DNA of 34,414 nucleotides, taken from the IMG/VR virus record IMGVR_UViG_3300045988_042009; one strand, given 5' to 3'. The first letter of the stretch is position 1. Each line of letters opens with the position of its first letter. The DNA comes from a virus. The notes under the pieces were generated by a model. That model saw only the letters and a list, made by a program, of their open reading frames with translations. It ran no database searches and was not told where the DNA came from. A program made the position numbers and the translations under genes. Of the stretch, positions 5,361-14,116 are shown one piece after another.

Positions 5361-6130
5361 AATACAAATTAGGCGATGAAGTGTATTTAAAGGGGGTAAT
5401 TACAAGCATAAATTCTTGTGCTGAAATTAAGTATCCCTATGAAGTAAAAACGGCAGATGAATTCGTTACGGCGGCAGAAGAATATCTTGAACCTATCAAT
5501 AAATCAGAACTCGGGCACGCAGAAGAAGCACCACGGTATCTTCGGAATATACTAGCACGGCTGCGTGAGTTGCCAGAACACGACCGCAAAGTCTGGATGG
5601 ACGAAATTATGCATGAGTTCGCAAATGACTACGGTTCAGTCAAGTATACACTGGGTCACGATCAAGGCAAGTTTGATGGGGCGGTAGAAGCTGAAAAATC
5701 AAACAAAGTTGTTTTGACGAAAGAAGAGGCAGACTACCTTAATACGTTTGGTTTGTCAAATAAGCACGAAGTTCGCAAGGCATTATATTTCATATCTCGT
5801 TCTGGCTGGGGTTATTCATTGCAAAATGGATACGGTGACAGGAACGAAGGACTTTTGGCAAAAATTACGCATGATGAAGACGATGAAAATTCTACACGTA
5901 CAAAGCTCATCAAAGCTGTACTCTTCGGTTACGATGTGGAGCAGGAGAAGCGATATGAAGTTAAATTAAAAAACACAGGTGATTACCTGGTGAAAACATA
6001 CAATGACAACTATCATTTTTATAACAACATTTACACACAGAACAGAAAACACACCCGCAAAGAGCTTGAAGACGCCGGTTTTGGCTGGGTATTCGACTGC
6101 GAAGGTGTGGAAGTTAGAGAGGTTGAATAA
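5357..6130 (+). CDS. Hypothetical early protein
   Basis: 257 aa. ATGA overlap with the upstream ORF. No motif recognised with confidence. Confidence 0.65.
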   Translation: MKYKLGDEVYLKGVITSINSCAEIKYPYEVKTADEFVTAAEEYLEPINKSELGHAEEAPRYLRNILARLRELPEHDRKVWMDEIMHEFANDYGSVKYTLGHDQGKFDGAVEAEKSNKVVLTKEEADYLNTFGLSNKHEVRKALYFISRSGWGYSLQNGYGDRNEGLLAKITHDEDDENSTRTKLIKAVLFGYDVEQEKRYEVKLKNTGDYLVKTYNDNYHFYNNIYTQNRKHTRKELEDAGFGWVFDCEGVEVREVE

Positions 6131-6295
6131 ATGATTGAAATGATTGAGTGGATTGACGGCAAGATAACCCTCAACAAGCACATGATTGAGGACGAAGGAA
6201 ACCCCTCAGACTTTGAAATCTTTCTTTTGGCAGACATTGATATGCTGACCAAAATCAAGGAAGAATTATTAAAACGGGAGGTGTCGAATGAGTGA
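6131..6295 (+). CDS. Hypothetical 54-aa early protein
   Basis: Hand translated: MIEMIEWIDGKITLNKHMIEDEGNPSDFEIFLLADIDMLTKIKEELLKREVSNE. SD GAGAGG. ATGAGTGA overlap with the next ORF. Confidence 0.5.
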   Translation: MIEMIEWIDGKITLNKHMIEDEGNPSDFEIFLLADIDMLTKIKEELLKREVSNE

Positions 6296-6536
6296 AATTT
6301 TAGGAGCGGTAGCAACACTAGCATTCTTCTTCTTAATCGGCGCATTTGTCAACCACTTAGACTGGCGCAAAGCCAGAAAGCAAGCAGAGCAAGAAGCACG
6401 AGAAGATGAACGCATAGAACTTGAAGCAATGTATGTAGTCTGTGCAATTGAGCACGACCGCAGAGAACGACAACGCAAATTGGCAGAGGCGAGAAAGCAT
6501 AGCACGAAGTCGTTTATAGTCGAAGGGGTGGGATGA
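6288..6536 (+). CDS. Hypothetical protein with N-terminal TM helix
   Basis: 82 aa. ILGAVATLAFFFLIGAFV is followed by a charged helical tail. Confidence 0.55.
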   Translation: MSEILGAVATLAFFFLIGAFVNHLDWRKARKQAEQEAREDERIELEAMYVVCAIEHDRRERQRKLAEARKHSTKSFIVEGVG

Positions 6537-6537
6537 T

Positions 6538-6882
6538 ATGACAACACAAGTAGAACGCATTCGAAATTTTTACAAAGAAAATCCTTCTGCAACTTATGAA
6601 GAAGCAGAACAGGCGATCAATGTGACACAAGGGAATATCCGTTCAAATATCGCAAAAGATATTAAACGTGGTTATTGTACACGCAGTGAAACCGGAAGTA
6701 TAGATTATTCAGCTTACTTCCGTTCGGGAGAAGAACTTTTTGAATTTAGAAATTGGCAAAATGAAGTCAGACGGGAACTGATTGATCAATTGTTAGAAGC
6801 TAATCGACATGAAACGGCAAGCGACCAAATCCGGTTGAATGCTAAAGAAATTAATAAATTACTGAAAGAGGTAACAAAATGA
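6538..6882 (+). CDS. Hypothetical early protein
   Basis: 114 aa. Tightly coupled to its neighbours. Confidence 0.6.
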   Translation: MTTQVERIRNFYKENPSATYEEAEQAINVTQGNIRSNIAKDIKRGYCTRSETGSIDYSAYFRSGEELFEFRNWQNEVRRELIDQLLEANRHETASDQIRLNAKEINKLLKEVTK

Positions 6883-7361
6883 GTTTTTTATATGAATTGG
6901 AAGGGATTTACGCACAGTTGCAATCCATGGAATTAGACGATGAAACATTTCAAGATACTTTAGATAGTATTGATTTTCAAGGGGATTTGGAAAAAAACGT
7001 CGAATATTTTGTAAAAATGTTAAAAAATATTGAAGCTGATGAAAAAATGTTTAAAGAAGAAGCGGTGCGTTTTAAAGAAAAAGAACACGACGCTAAAGCC
7101 AAAAAAGAACGTTACAAAGAAATTATTCGTAAAGCAATGAAAATGAGTAATCAAAAAAAAGTACAAGCTGGATTGTTTACAGTTTCAACACGTAAGAGCG
7201 AAGCGGTTGAAATTTTAGATGAGACAAAAATCCCAGTGTATCTTATGACTGAAAAACATACGTTTACTCCAAATAAAACTGAAATCAAAAAAGCAATCAA
7301 ATCCGGAAAAGAAGTTTTTGGGGCTGTCCTTAAGGAAGGAGAAAGCGTGATAATTAAATGA
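6879..7361 (+). CDS. Siphovirus Gp157-family protein
   Basis: 160 aa. The start MSFLYELEGIYAQL..MELDDETFQDTLDSI and the coiled-coil body match my memory of the Sfi11 gp157 family, which typically opens this replication module. Confidence 0.75.
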   Translation: MSFLYELEGIYAQLQSMELDDETFQDTLDSIDFQGDLEKNVEYFVKMLKNIEADEKMFKEEAVRFKEKEHDAKAKKERYKEIIRKAMKMSNQKKVQAGLFTVSTRKSEAVEILDETKIPVYLMTEKHTFTPNKTEIKKAIKSGKEVFGAVLKEGESVIIK

Positions 7362-7825
7362 GAATTCTTTCAATCGACCCTAGCTCAAACAAAATCAATA
7401 CTAGTACGACAGGAATTGTTTTATTAGATAATGCCAAATTGATTGATTGTTGGGTAGTCGGATATGGGATGTTAAACTTTAAAAATTGGTTTGATGAAAT
7501 CGGAAAAAAGTTAGAAGTAGATGTAGTTGTTATCGAAAAATTTGAAGTCAGGGACAACGATAATTCCAAAGACAATTCTGTATTAGAAACTATTGCGTTT
7601 ATTCAACTATGTTATCCTAATGCGATATTACAGCGAAATGCCGGCTATCAATCAGATATACCAAACGAGCTATTAAAATTACTTGGACTTTGGAAATTCG
7701 AAAAATCTCATCATCAAGATGTCCGAGCGGCTGCTAGATTAGGATTATTCTACGCTATGAGAAATGATGTAGAGGAGGTGATTCAGGACATTGGCAGAAC
7801 TGCAACTGAGAAAATGGCAAACTGA
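7358..7825 (+). CDS. RuvC-like Holliday-junction resolvase
   Basis: 155 aa. Shows ILSIDPS (catalytic Asp), VVVIEKFE (Glu) and HHQDVRAAARL (His/Asp), arranged as in RuvC-fold phage resolvases. Confidence 0.6.
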   Translation: MRILSIDPSSNKINTSTTGIVLLDNAKLIDCWVVGYGMLNFKNWFDEIGKKLEVDVVVIEKFEVRDNDNSKDNSVLETIAFIQLCYPNAILQRNAGYQSDIPNELLKLLGLWKFEKSHHQDVRAAARLGLFYAMRNDVEEVIQDIGRTATEKMAN

Positions 7826-8981
7826 AGCTGTCCAACGAAGCAACTTACCAACCAATGGAATTTTTTTAGAGGCTCTCGGGGGCAAAGGTAAAACTATTTG
7901 CGCTTTAGCTATCGCTAAACACAAAAAAGCGAAGAAAATTATTATCACGAATAATCGTCTGTCTATTTTAAATGGTTGGATAGATGCCATAAAATTAATG
8001 GATTTTGATAAAGATGTTGAAATTATTGTTAGAACAGACAGATACTTGCAGGACTTAATCTCAAAAGGCTATAAATTAACCTGTGACGTACTTATCATTG
8101 ATGAGTGGCAGAATATGTCGAGTGATAAGCAAACGAGCTTATATCGTAAAATAAAGCGGAAATATACAATTGGACTATCAGCAACGCCAATCCGAAAAAA
8201 AGGACAGAATTTCTATCCCTTAGAAAAAACAATTTTCGGATGGGCGACTCCTAACAGAAAATTTGATTGGCAAAAAGCCCACGGAAAAATGGTCTATGAT
8301 CCGTTTTCTTACTCAAAAGAAAAATGGCAAGACTTTAAGGATTATGAGACTTATATTAGCGGTCTACCAAACTTCTTTCGCTGGGAAGAAATTGAAGAAA
8401 TTGAAAAATCTGTAGAAAACAATGGTTATGACATTAAATTTTATCGAAACACTGTAGAAGTCGGCAATCCAACTTTGCTCAAAATTTTTCGGCAATTGAA
8501 CATAGTAAATGTTAATGGTAAATGCGCTATGGCTAAGCAATCTTTCGGGCGCAAAACATTTGAGCGCTACTTAATGCAGACAGGAGTAGAAGTTGACTTT
8601 CCCAAACTAAAGGCAGTCAATCAAGATACACCGCTACTATTAAAGATAGATGGTTTGATTGAACGAGCGCCGCACGGCATGCTAATTGTCAGCAAATCTA
8701 AACAGGTTGTCAATGTGATTCGCGAACGCAATCCAAATATCGGAATTTGGACAGGAGACGTTCAAGATGGGCTTGATAAACAAGTTGTTGTTGCAACTAA
8801 CCAAGTGTTGGGGGTTGGTGTTGATGGTTTACAGCACAAGTTCAAAACAATTGTCGTTCTCGATCCAGTCGATGAATCTTCCGGTGAGTACGATGATTAT
8901 AGACAATTGTTATGGCGCATAACTGGTTCACGGCAGCAACATGATGTAAATGTAATCGAATTTTATTATAAGGAGAACTAA
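7791..8981 (+). CDS. SF2 DEAD/DEAH-type helicase
   Basis: 396 aa. Motif I GGKGKT, motif II IIDEWQ, motif III GLSATP. TTG start 10 nt after GAGGAGGTG. Confidence 0.85.
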   Translation: MAELQLRKWQTEAVQRSNLPTNGIFLEALGGKGKTICALAIAKHKKAKKIIITNNRLSILNGWIDAIKLMDFDKDVEIIVRTDRYLQDLISKGYKLTCDVLIIDEWQNMSSDKQTSLYRKIKRKYTIGLSATPIRKKGQNFYPLEKTIFGWATPNRKFDWQKAHGKMVYDPFSYSKEKWQDFKDYETYISGLPNFFRWEEIEEIEKSVENNGYDIKFYRNTVEVGNPTLLKIFRQLNIVNVNGKCAMAKQSFGRKTFERYLMQTGVEVDFPKLKAVNQDTPLLLKIDGLIERAPHGMLIVSKSKQVVNVIRERNPNIGIWTGDVQDGLDKQVVVATNQVLGVGVDGLQHKFKTIVVLDPVDESSGEYDDYRQLLWRITGSRQQHDVNVIEFYYKEN

Positions 8982-8985
8982 CAAA

Positions 8986-9795
8986 ATGACTTTTAAATTA
9001 CCAGAAAATAAACCACAAGTGCCAAAAGACACGCCACGGAATTTCTTTATTTACGGTGAGACTATGAGCGGTAAGTCTTATTTGGCGAACGAATTTCCAA
9101 ATCCTATTGTTTTAAATACAGACGGAAATGCAGAAGCAAATAGTGTACCGAGCATTCAACTAGTAAATGAAAAAAACGGTCAAGGGCGCATTACTAACTC
9201 AGTGATTAAACAATTAAGTGAGATATTGTTAGCTTTGCAAACACAAAAGCACTCTTACGAAACAGTTGTTATTGATGTTATTGACGATGTTATTGAGATG
9301 ATAAAAATTGCAGTTTGTGACGAACTAACGCCAAGCGGTAAACCTCGTATTAAATCACTTTCTGAAATCCCCTATGGAAAAGGATATGATTTCTTTAATC
9401 AATCAATTACAGAATTGGTAATTGACTTGAAGGCTCTACCAATGAACGTTATTTATATCAGCCGTCAGATTTCAGAATATGATGACAACGGAAATGCGAC
9501 TAAGGATAAGCCGAGCTTAAAAGACAAGTATGTCAACCTTATCAATGGAAACTCAGACTTGATGATTCATACTGAAAAAATCGGCAATAATTACAATCGA
9601 GAAGTCGATCGTAGACGAAAGGCATATTACGTGGATCAAGTTGATGACAAAGCAATTTTGAAAATTTTAAGTACTGTACGAGGGGCTTTAGATCCCGCTA
9701 AGGATACAAGCAAAACAAAAAAAGAAGTTTCAAAAAAAGAAAAAGTTAAAGAGGCAGCAAAAAAAGAAACTGTTTCTGATGATGAACTATTTTAA
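8986..9795 (+). CDS. AAA_24/Sak4-like RecA-fold ATPase
   Basis: 269 aa. Walker A is FIYGETMSGKS and Walker B-like is VVIDVID. Lys/Glu-rich tail. Conserved position after the helicase. Confidence 0.8.
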   Translation: MTFKLPENKPQVPKDTPRNFFIYGETMSGKSYLANEFPNPIVLNTDGNAEANSVPSIQLVNEKNGQGRITNSVIKQLSEILLALQTQKHSYETVVIDVIDDVIEMIKIAVCDELTPSGKPRIKSLSEIPYGKGYDFFNQSITELVIDLKALPMNVIYISRQISEYDDNGNATKDKPSLKDKYVNLINGNSDLMIHTEKIGNNYNREVDRRRKAYYVDQVDDKAILKILSTVRGALDPAKDTSKTKKEVSKKEKVKEAAKKETVSDDELF

Positions 9796-9816
9796 AATAA
9801 ATAAAGGAGAAAACAC

Positions 9817-10323
9817 ATGAGTTTATTAGATATTGCAAAATCAATTAAAAAAGAAGGATTTGACCCTCGCAAAGATAGCACGAATGGGCCTGCGCCAATC
9901 CCCGCAGGGACTTACCCGGTTGTTTTGAAAAAAGCAATTTTTAACATTGCAGAAAGTCGTTGGGAAAGTATTCAGTACCAATTTGAAATCCGCGGTGGGG
10001 ATTACAATGGTCGAACAGAATTTGCAAGTTTTGGAACTTTAGACGAATGGAAGGGTAAGAGTCTGAAGTGGGCAATTGAACGTACAATGAAATTTTTCAT
10101 TAAAGCCTTAGTGTTAGCTGGTGATAATATGACTGGTAACGAAGAAGATGGCAAGGCACTTGAAGAAGCTTTGCAGCGCAAAGCAGTAGGTTCTTACTAC
10201 AATCTTGTTATCACAGAAAATAAAGGCAAAGATGGGCGGACATTCCGCAGTTATGATTTGGAAGAGGAAGTTACTCAACCAATTACAGAAGCTGATATTG
10301 ATGATGATGTCTTACCGTTCTAA
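9817..10323 (+). CDS. DUF669-family protein (putative ssDNA-binding)
   Basis: 168 aa. The pattern PIPAGTYPVVLKKA...YQFEI.GGDYNGR and the acidic C-terminal DDDVLPF tail are typical of this module. Confidence 0.7.
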   Translation: MSLLDIAKSIKKEGFDPRKDSTNGPAPIPAGTYPVVLKKAIFNIAESRWESIQYQFEIRGGDYNGRTEFASFGTLDEWKGKSLKWAIERTMKFFIKALVLAGDNMTGNEEDGKALEEALQRKAVGSYYNLVITENKGKDGRTFRSYDLEEEVTQPITEADIDDDVLPF

Positions 10324-10347
10324 TTGAGTACAAAAAGGGAATAAGAT

Positions 10348-11169
10348 ATGCCGTCTATGAAAAACTATGCTTTGCAGTATCAAAAATTAGGCTTTTCAGT
10401 CATTCCAATCAATCCTAAAAATAAGATGCCTTTAATTGATTTCGCAGATAAGCCTGCCTTGACTGCAGAAGAAATCGAGAAGTTTTGGGGTGGCTATCCT
10501 AATGCAAATATCGCTCTTAGGACAACAAATTTCTTTGTCATCGATATTGACAAACACGGCAAATCAAATGGATTCGAATCTTTAAAAAAATGGGAACATC
10601 TCAACTTGATAGAGCCAACATTACAAGCTAAAACCGCAAGTGGAGGGAAACATCTCTTTTACTTCAAAAGAGATGATACCCCTATCTCGCAAATGATTGG
10701 TTTTTTACCGGGAGTAGATATCAAGGCTCACGAAAACAATTATGTTCTGGTTGCACCATCTGCGACGAATAAGGGACAGTACGAATGGGACTTGGAAAAA
10801 TCCAAAGAAGGCGGAACCATGGTGACGCCCTCTAAGGAATTGATTCAAGCAATCAAAAAGCAATATAGCGATACTCATGGTTATAGATATGATGGTCGGG
10901 ACGGATTGAGAGATTTAGCCAGACGGTCACACACCAGAGACAGGAATCAAACTACCGAATTATTCGAAACCATCGGCCTTGGTTTTGGTGATGAAGGCGG
11001 AAGAAATGACAAATTAGCTAGTTTTGTCGGAGGTCTCTTGTTTCGTGCAGTAGACGATGAAATCGTTTTAAAGCTTGCACAAATAGCAAATTTAAACAGT
11101 CTTAGTCCTTTACCCGATAAAGAATTAATAAGGACAGTTGAAAGTATGATTAAGAAAGATAGGAGGTGA
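10348..11169 (+). CDS. Bifunctional primase-polymerase (Prim-Pol) domain protein
   Basis: 273 aa. Shows GFSVIPI, FFVIDIDKH, SGGKHLFY and VDIKAHENNYVLVAPS. Confidence 0.85.
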   Translation: MPSMKNYALQYQKLGFSVIPINPKNKMPLIDFADKPALTAEEIEKFWGGYPNANIALRTTNFFVIDIDKHGKSNGFESLKKWEHLNLIEPTLQAKTASGGKHLFYFKRDDTPISQMIGFLPGVDIKAHENNYVLVAPSATNKGQYEWDLEKSKEGGTMVTPSKELIQAIKKQYSDTHGYRYDGRDGLRDLARRSHTRDRNQTTELFETIGLGFGDEGGRNDKLASFVGGLLFRAVDDEIVLKLAQIANLNSLSPLPDKELIRTVESMIKKDRR

Positions 11170-12500
11170 TTCCGATTGGTGAAGTGGTTAGTATTGATTC
11201 AGGGGCTAAATTATTAACAAATGCAAATGGTAGCATTAAAGCCAATAGCCCTAGCAATGTTTTGATGTCTTTCAAAGCAGATGATCAATTAAGTATTTAC
11301 TTAAAACACAATGAATTCTCGCAAGAGCACGAACTACTAAAAGATATTCGCATCGGCAATACCGAATTTAAAAAAGGAGAATTGCCAGCTAACTTCGAAA
11401 GTGTTGTGAGTGTTTATTTTGAAAGTATATTGGGTGTGACTTATTCCAACCCTGCGTTAAAAGCTGGAATGGAAACTTTCTTTTCGGAGCGAACCTATAA
11501 TCCAGTTGTTGAATATATGGAGAACGCCGCTAAAAATTGGGATGGCCGTCAACGAATTGATCGGATGTTTCAAGTTTATCTCGGCGCAGAAGATACAGAA
11601 CTTGTTTCAAAAATAGCCAAGATGTGGCTAATAGGTGCAGTCGCTAAAGTATATGATCCTTTTGTTAAATTTGACTATGTGCTTGATTTAGTAGGAGGTC
11701 AAGGAGTGGGGAAGACATCTCTACTTCAAAAAATCGGCGGTAACTGGTACACAGATGCTGTAACAGATTTTTCAAACAAAGATAATTATGACATTATGTT
11801 AAAATCTCTCGTCGTTAATGATGATGAAATGGTCGCAAGTAATCGTATGAGTTTTGCAGAAACTAAAGCCTTTATTTCTAAAACTGAATTACGTTTTAGA
11901 CGCCCTTACATGAAACGTGTGGAAAGTTTTGCGAAAAACTTCGTCATTGCACGCACCACAAATCAAAAAGAATATTTAAAAGACAAAACAGGGGAACGAC
12001 GTTTCTTGCCAATTTTGACAAATGCAAAACGGCAAAAAAAACATCCTATGGATGTTGACCCTGAAACAATCGAGCAAATATGGGGTGAAGCTGTAACTAT
12101 TTATAAAAATGGTGCTGATTTAATGTTTGACGAACAAACAGAAAACGAATTGAATGATTATCGTGAAAAATTCATGTATCGAGACGAAATTGAACAACAG
12201 GTATTAGAGTATTTAGAAATGCCAGTTCCGAAACATTGGGAACGAATGTCTGCTCAAAAGCAACATCAATATACAGCAGCTTATTTTGACAATATCAGCG
12301 ATTTTGAATTTGGGGATTGTCCATTAAAAAAAATCTCTACTCGTGAGATTATGTATAATCTATTTTTAAAAAATTCAAATGACCGTAAATTATCCACAAA
12401 AATTAATATGATATTGGATAATTTACCGGATTGGGAAAAGAAAGTTTTTAAACAAAACAACAGGCCAACAAAAGGGTTTGTGAAAAAAAAAGATCGGTAA
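11166..12500 (+). CDS. VirE-family (D5-like) P-loop NTPase / primase-associated helicase
   Basis: 444 aa. Walker A is GGQGVGKTS and Walker B-like is LVVNDDE. The start is uncertain: the SD AGGAGGTGAT at 11161-11170 favours an in-frame ATT at 11175 or GTG at 11184 over GTG 11166. Confidence 0.85.
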   Translation: MIPIGEVVSIDSGAKLLTNANGSIKANSPSNVLMSFKADDQLSIYLKHNEFSQEHELLKDIRIGNTEFKKGELPANFESVVSVYFESILGVTYSNPALKAGMETFFSERTYNPVVEYMENAAKNWDGRQRIDRMFQVYLGAEDTELVSKIAKMWLIGAVAKVYDPFVKFDYVLDLVGGQGVGKTSLLQKIGGNWYTDAVTDFSNKDNYDIMLKSLVVNDDEMVASNRMSFAETKAFISKTELRFRRPYMKRVESFAKNFVIARTTNQKEYLKDKTGERRFLPILTNAKRQKKHPMDVDPETIEQIWGEAVTIYKNGADLMFDEQTENELNDYREKFMYRDEIEQQVLEYLEMPVPKHWERMSAQKQHQYTAAYFDNISDFEFGDCPLKKISTREIMYNLFLKNSNDRKLSTKINMILDNLPDWEKKVFKQNNRPTKGFVKKKDR

Positions 12501-12770
12501 CTTTTTAAAAAAGATCGGTAACTTCGGTAACTTTTACCCTAAAAAGTATACCGAGGTTACCGATAGGTTACCGATAAAATTGGAGATCGGTAACCTTCTA
12601 AACCATTGGTATTATTGACTTTTTATTAATATTTTATATAAAAGTTACCGATAAACCGATAATATAGTAAAAAGTATATAAATAGATAGTAAAAAAGGAG
12701 AAAGCCTATTAAATAGGGATTCCTGTATTAACTAATCGTAAAAACTCTTTTTTATGGGTAACTCGGTAAC
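12492..12770. repeat. Iteron cluster (ATCGGTAAC / GTTACCGAT) with AT-rich centre; putative origin of replication
   Basis: Direct copies of CGGTAAC start at 12495, 12516, 12525, 12588 and 12764. Inverted GTTACCG copies start at 12556, 12567 and 12644. The AT-rich stretch 12611-12643 lies between them. The first copy overlaps the VirE stop codon. Confidence 0.7.
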
Positions 12771-13191
12771 TTTGCTGTTTTTTAGAAAATTTCACAAACT
12801 TTTTTTGAAGAAAAAATGGGGAAACACAATGAAAATTAAACAGAACAATCGTTTAAATACTTTATATTTATCAATGATGCAATGGGTGGCATACCTTGCC
12901 ATAATCGATCTTTTGGGAGCAAAGAAGATTTTGAGCATGGAACAAACTATGAAGTTCTGTCTCAATTTTATGCAGACAAAGGCTACATGGAATTGTCTTG
13001 TTGCGCTTACGGTGGTATGTGCGGTTTTACTCTTGACACAGACGAAATAAGTACTGGCAACACGAACAATCTAGAACGTGAATGTGCTGGATATGTCCAA
13101 AACGATTCACGAAAAGTAAAAAAGCCGAGCGCACACTCGACCCTGGTAAAATCTCTAACAAGATTATTATACCATAAAAAGGAGATTGAGA

Positions 13192-13611
13192 GTGAGCAAA
13201 GCGAAAGCTATTTTAAAAGACTTGAGGAATTTAGATCTGTACATCGCGAGTTTAATTAGACGTAGAGACAAAATTGAAGCTTCGCTTTTGTCTAGTCAGA
13301 AATTCTCTGCAGATAAAGTTTCTGGAGGAATTAAGCGTAAGCAAGATGATGTATATGTTGAGTTGCTAACGACTGCACAAGACATTGAACGCAAAACTGT
13401 TGAAGCTTTGAAGAAGCAAAGAGAACTGCAAGATTTAATCGATGGGCTGGATAACTCTGATAGTCAAACAATTTTGAGTATGGTCTATGTTGATAAAATG
13501 ACGCGTTGGCAAGTAATGGACGAACTCAATTGTAGTGAGAGCACATACTTTAGATTGTTGCGTATAGCCACTAAAGAATTAAACAATCTGACAGTAAATG
13601 ACAGTGATTGA
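13192..13611 (+). CDS. Late-gene transcriptional activator, sigma-70 region-4-like (DUF1492/ArpU/RinA-type)
   Basis: About 139 aa. GTG at 13192 lies 7 nt after AAAGGAG; the ORF track uses TTG 13186. The C-terminal HTH is SQTILSMVYVDKMTRWQVMDELNCSESTYFRLLRIATKEL. Sits immediately upstream of the packaging genes. Confidence 0.7.
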   Translation: MSKAKAILKDLRNLDLYIASLIRRRDKIEASLLSSQKFSADKVSGGIKRKQDDVYVELLTTAQDIERKTVEALKKQRELQDLIDGLDNSDSQTILSMVYVDKMTRWQVMDELNCSESTYFRLLRIATKELNNLTVNDSD

Positions 13612-13654
13612 CAGTAAATAACAATAATGACAGCATTTGACAGTGCATGACAGT
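13589..13654 (+). repeat. Six phased TGACAG(T/C) direct repeats (-35-like boxes)
   Basis: Copies start at 13589, 13599, 13609, 13628, 13638 and 13648, giving a 10-bp phase with a single 19-bp step. The first three lie inside the activator's last codons. Confidence 0.85.
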
Positions 13655-13661
13655 TTCAACG

Positions 13662-13670
13662 TGCTATTAT
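13662..13670 (+). promoter_or_regulatory. Late promoter, extended -10 (TGcTATTAT)
   Basis: TG at 13662-13663 and TATTAT at 13665-13670. No correctly spaced -35: the nearest TTGACA/ATGACA boxes are 22 and 12 nt away. Confidence 0.6.
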
Positions 13671-13685
13671 AGTATCATCAAGAAA

Positions 13686-13721
13686 ACAGGGGTGAGGTGC
13701 TATTGAGTACCCCGCCCCTGT
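13686..13721 (+). other. Stable 5'-leader hairpin of the late transcript
   Basis: ACAGGGG (13686-13692) pairs with CCCCTGT (13715-13721). An inner stem is GGTGC/GTACC. Lies between the -10 and the HNH start codon. Confidence 0.5.
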
Positions 13722-13740
13722 TAATTTCCAAGAGGTGCGC

Positions 13741-14079
13741 ATGGCTAATCTAAGAGCTGATAAGAGTGGACCGCATAGAGTTGCGTTTGAGAAGAATAAG
13801 AAGCGGTTGCTGAAATCAAGTACACACTGTGGCATCTGTGGACGACTGGTCAATAAGAAATTGAAGTATCCTGACCCGATGAGTCCTGTGATAGACCACA
13901 TCGTTCCTATAGCCAAAGGTGGTCATCCGTCAGCTATAGAGAATCTACAGTTGGCGCATTGGCAATGCAATCGACAGAAGTCTGATAAATTGTATGCAGA
14001 AGAACGTGTAACAGGTTCTGCAGTGATTGGCAATCGTAATTTGCCACAAAGTTGTGATTGGATTAGATATAAAGGGTAG
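13741..14079 (+). CDS. HNH endonuclease (packaging-associated)
   Basis: CGICG...DHIVPIAKGGHPSAIENLQLAHWQCNRQK is an HNH motif with zinc-binding cysteines. ATG 13741 follows AGAGG; the ORF track uses GTG 13735. Confidence 0.9.
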   Translation: MANLRADKSGPHRVAFEKNKKRLLKSSTHCGICGRLVNKKLKYPDPMSPVIDHIVPIAKGGHPSAIENLQLAHWQCNRQKSDKLYAEERVTGSAVIGNRNLPQSCDWIRYKG

Positions 14080-14084
14080 AAAGT

Positions 14085-14116
14085 CCAAGAGGGGGGGGGT
14101 GACCCCCTACCCTTGG
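14085..14116. other. GC-rich imperfect palindrome with G9 run; candidate cos/terminase recognition site
   Basis: CCAAG-AGGGGGGGGGTGACCCCCTACC-CTTGG, with the GGGGG-TGA-CCCCC core at 14095-14107. Sits between the HNH gene and the first packaging ORF. Confidence 0.4.

Noticed and set aside
12492-12770. Possible CRISPR-like or mini-array repeat structure
   Set aside because: The repeats are only 7-10 bp, occur in both orientations and have irregular, very short spacing. There are no spacer-sized unique segments and no cas genes. The features fit origin iterons better.
12754-13259. ORF-track entries 12754-13050 (98 aa) and 12882-13259 (125 aa) as genes
   Set aside because: They overlap each other. 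Neither has a Shine-Dalgarno sequence. The second overlaps the well-supported activator gene in another frame. An internal 73-codon version from ATG 12829 has only a weak GGGGA upstream. I left them unannotated pending RNA or translation evidence.
14091-14099. G9 homopolymer as a phase-variation (slipped-strand) switch
   Set aside because: It is intergenic and not positioned within a promoter spacer or an ORF. It forms part of a palindrome next to the packaging genes, so cos or terminase recognition is the simpler explanation.
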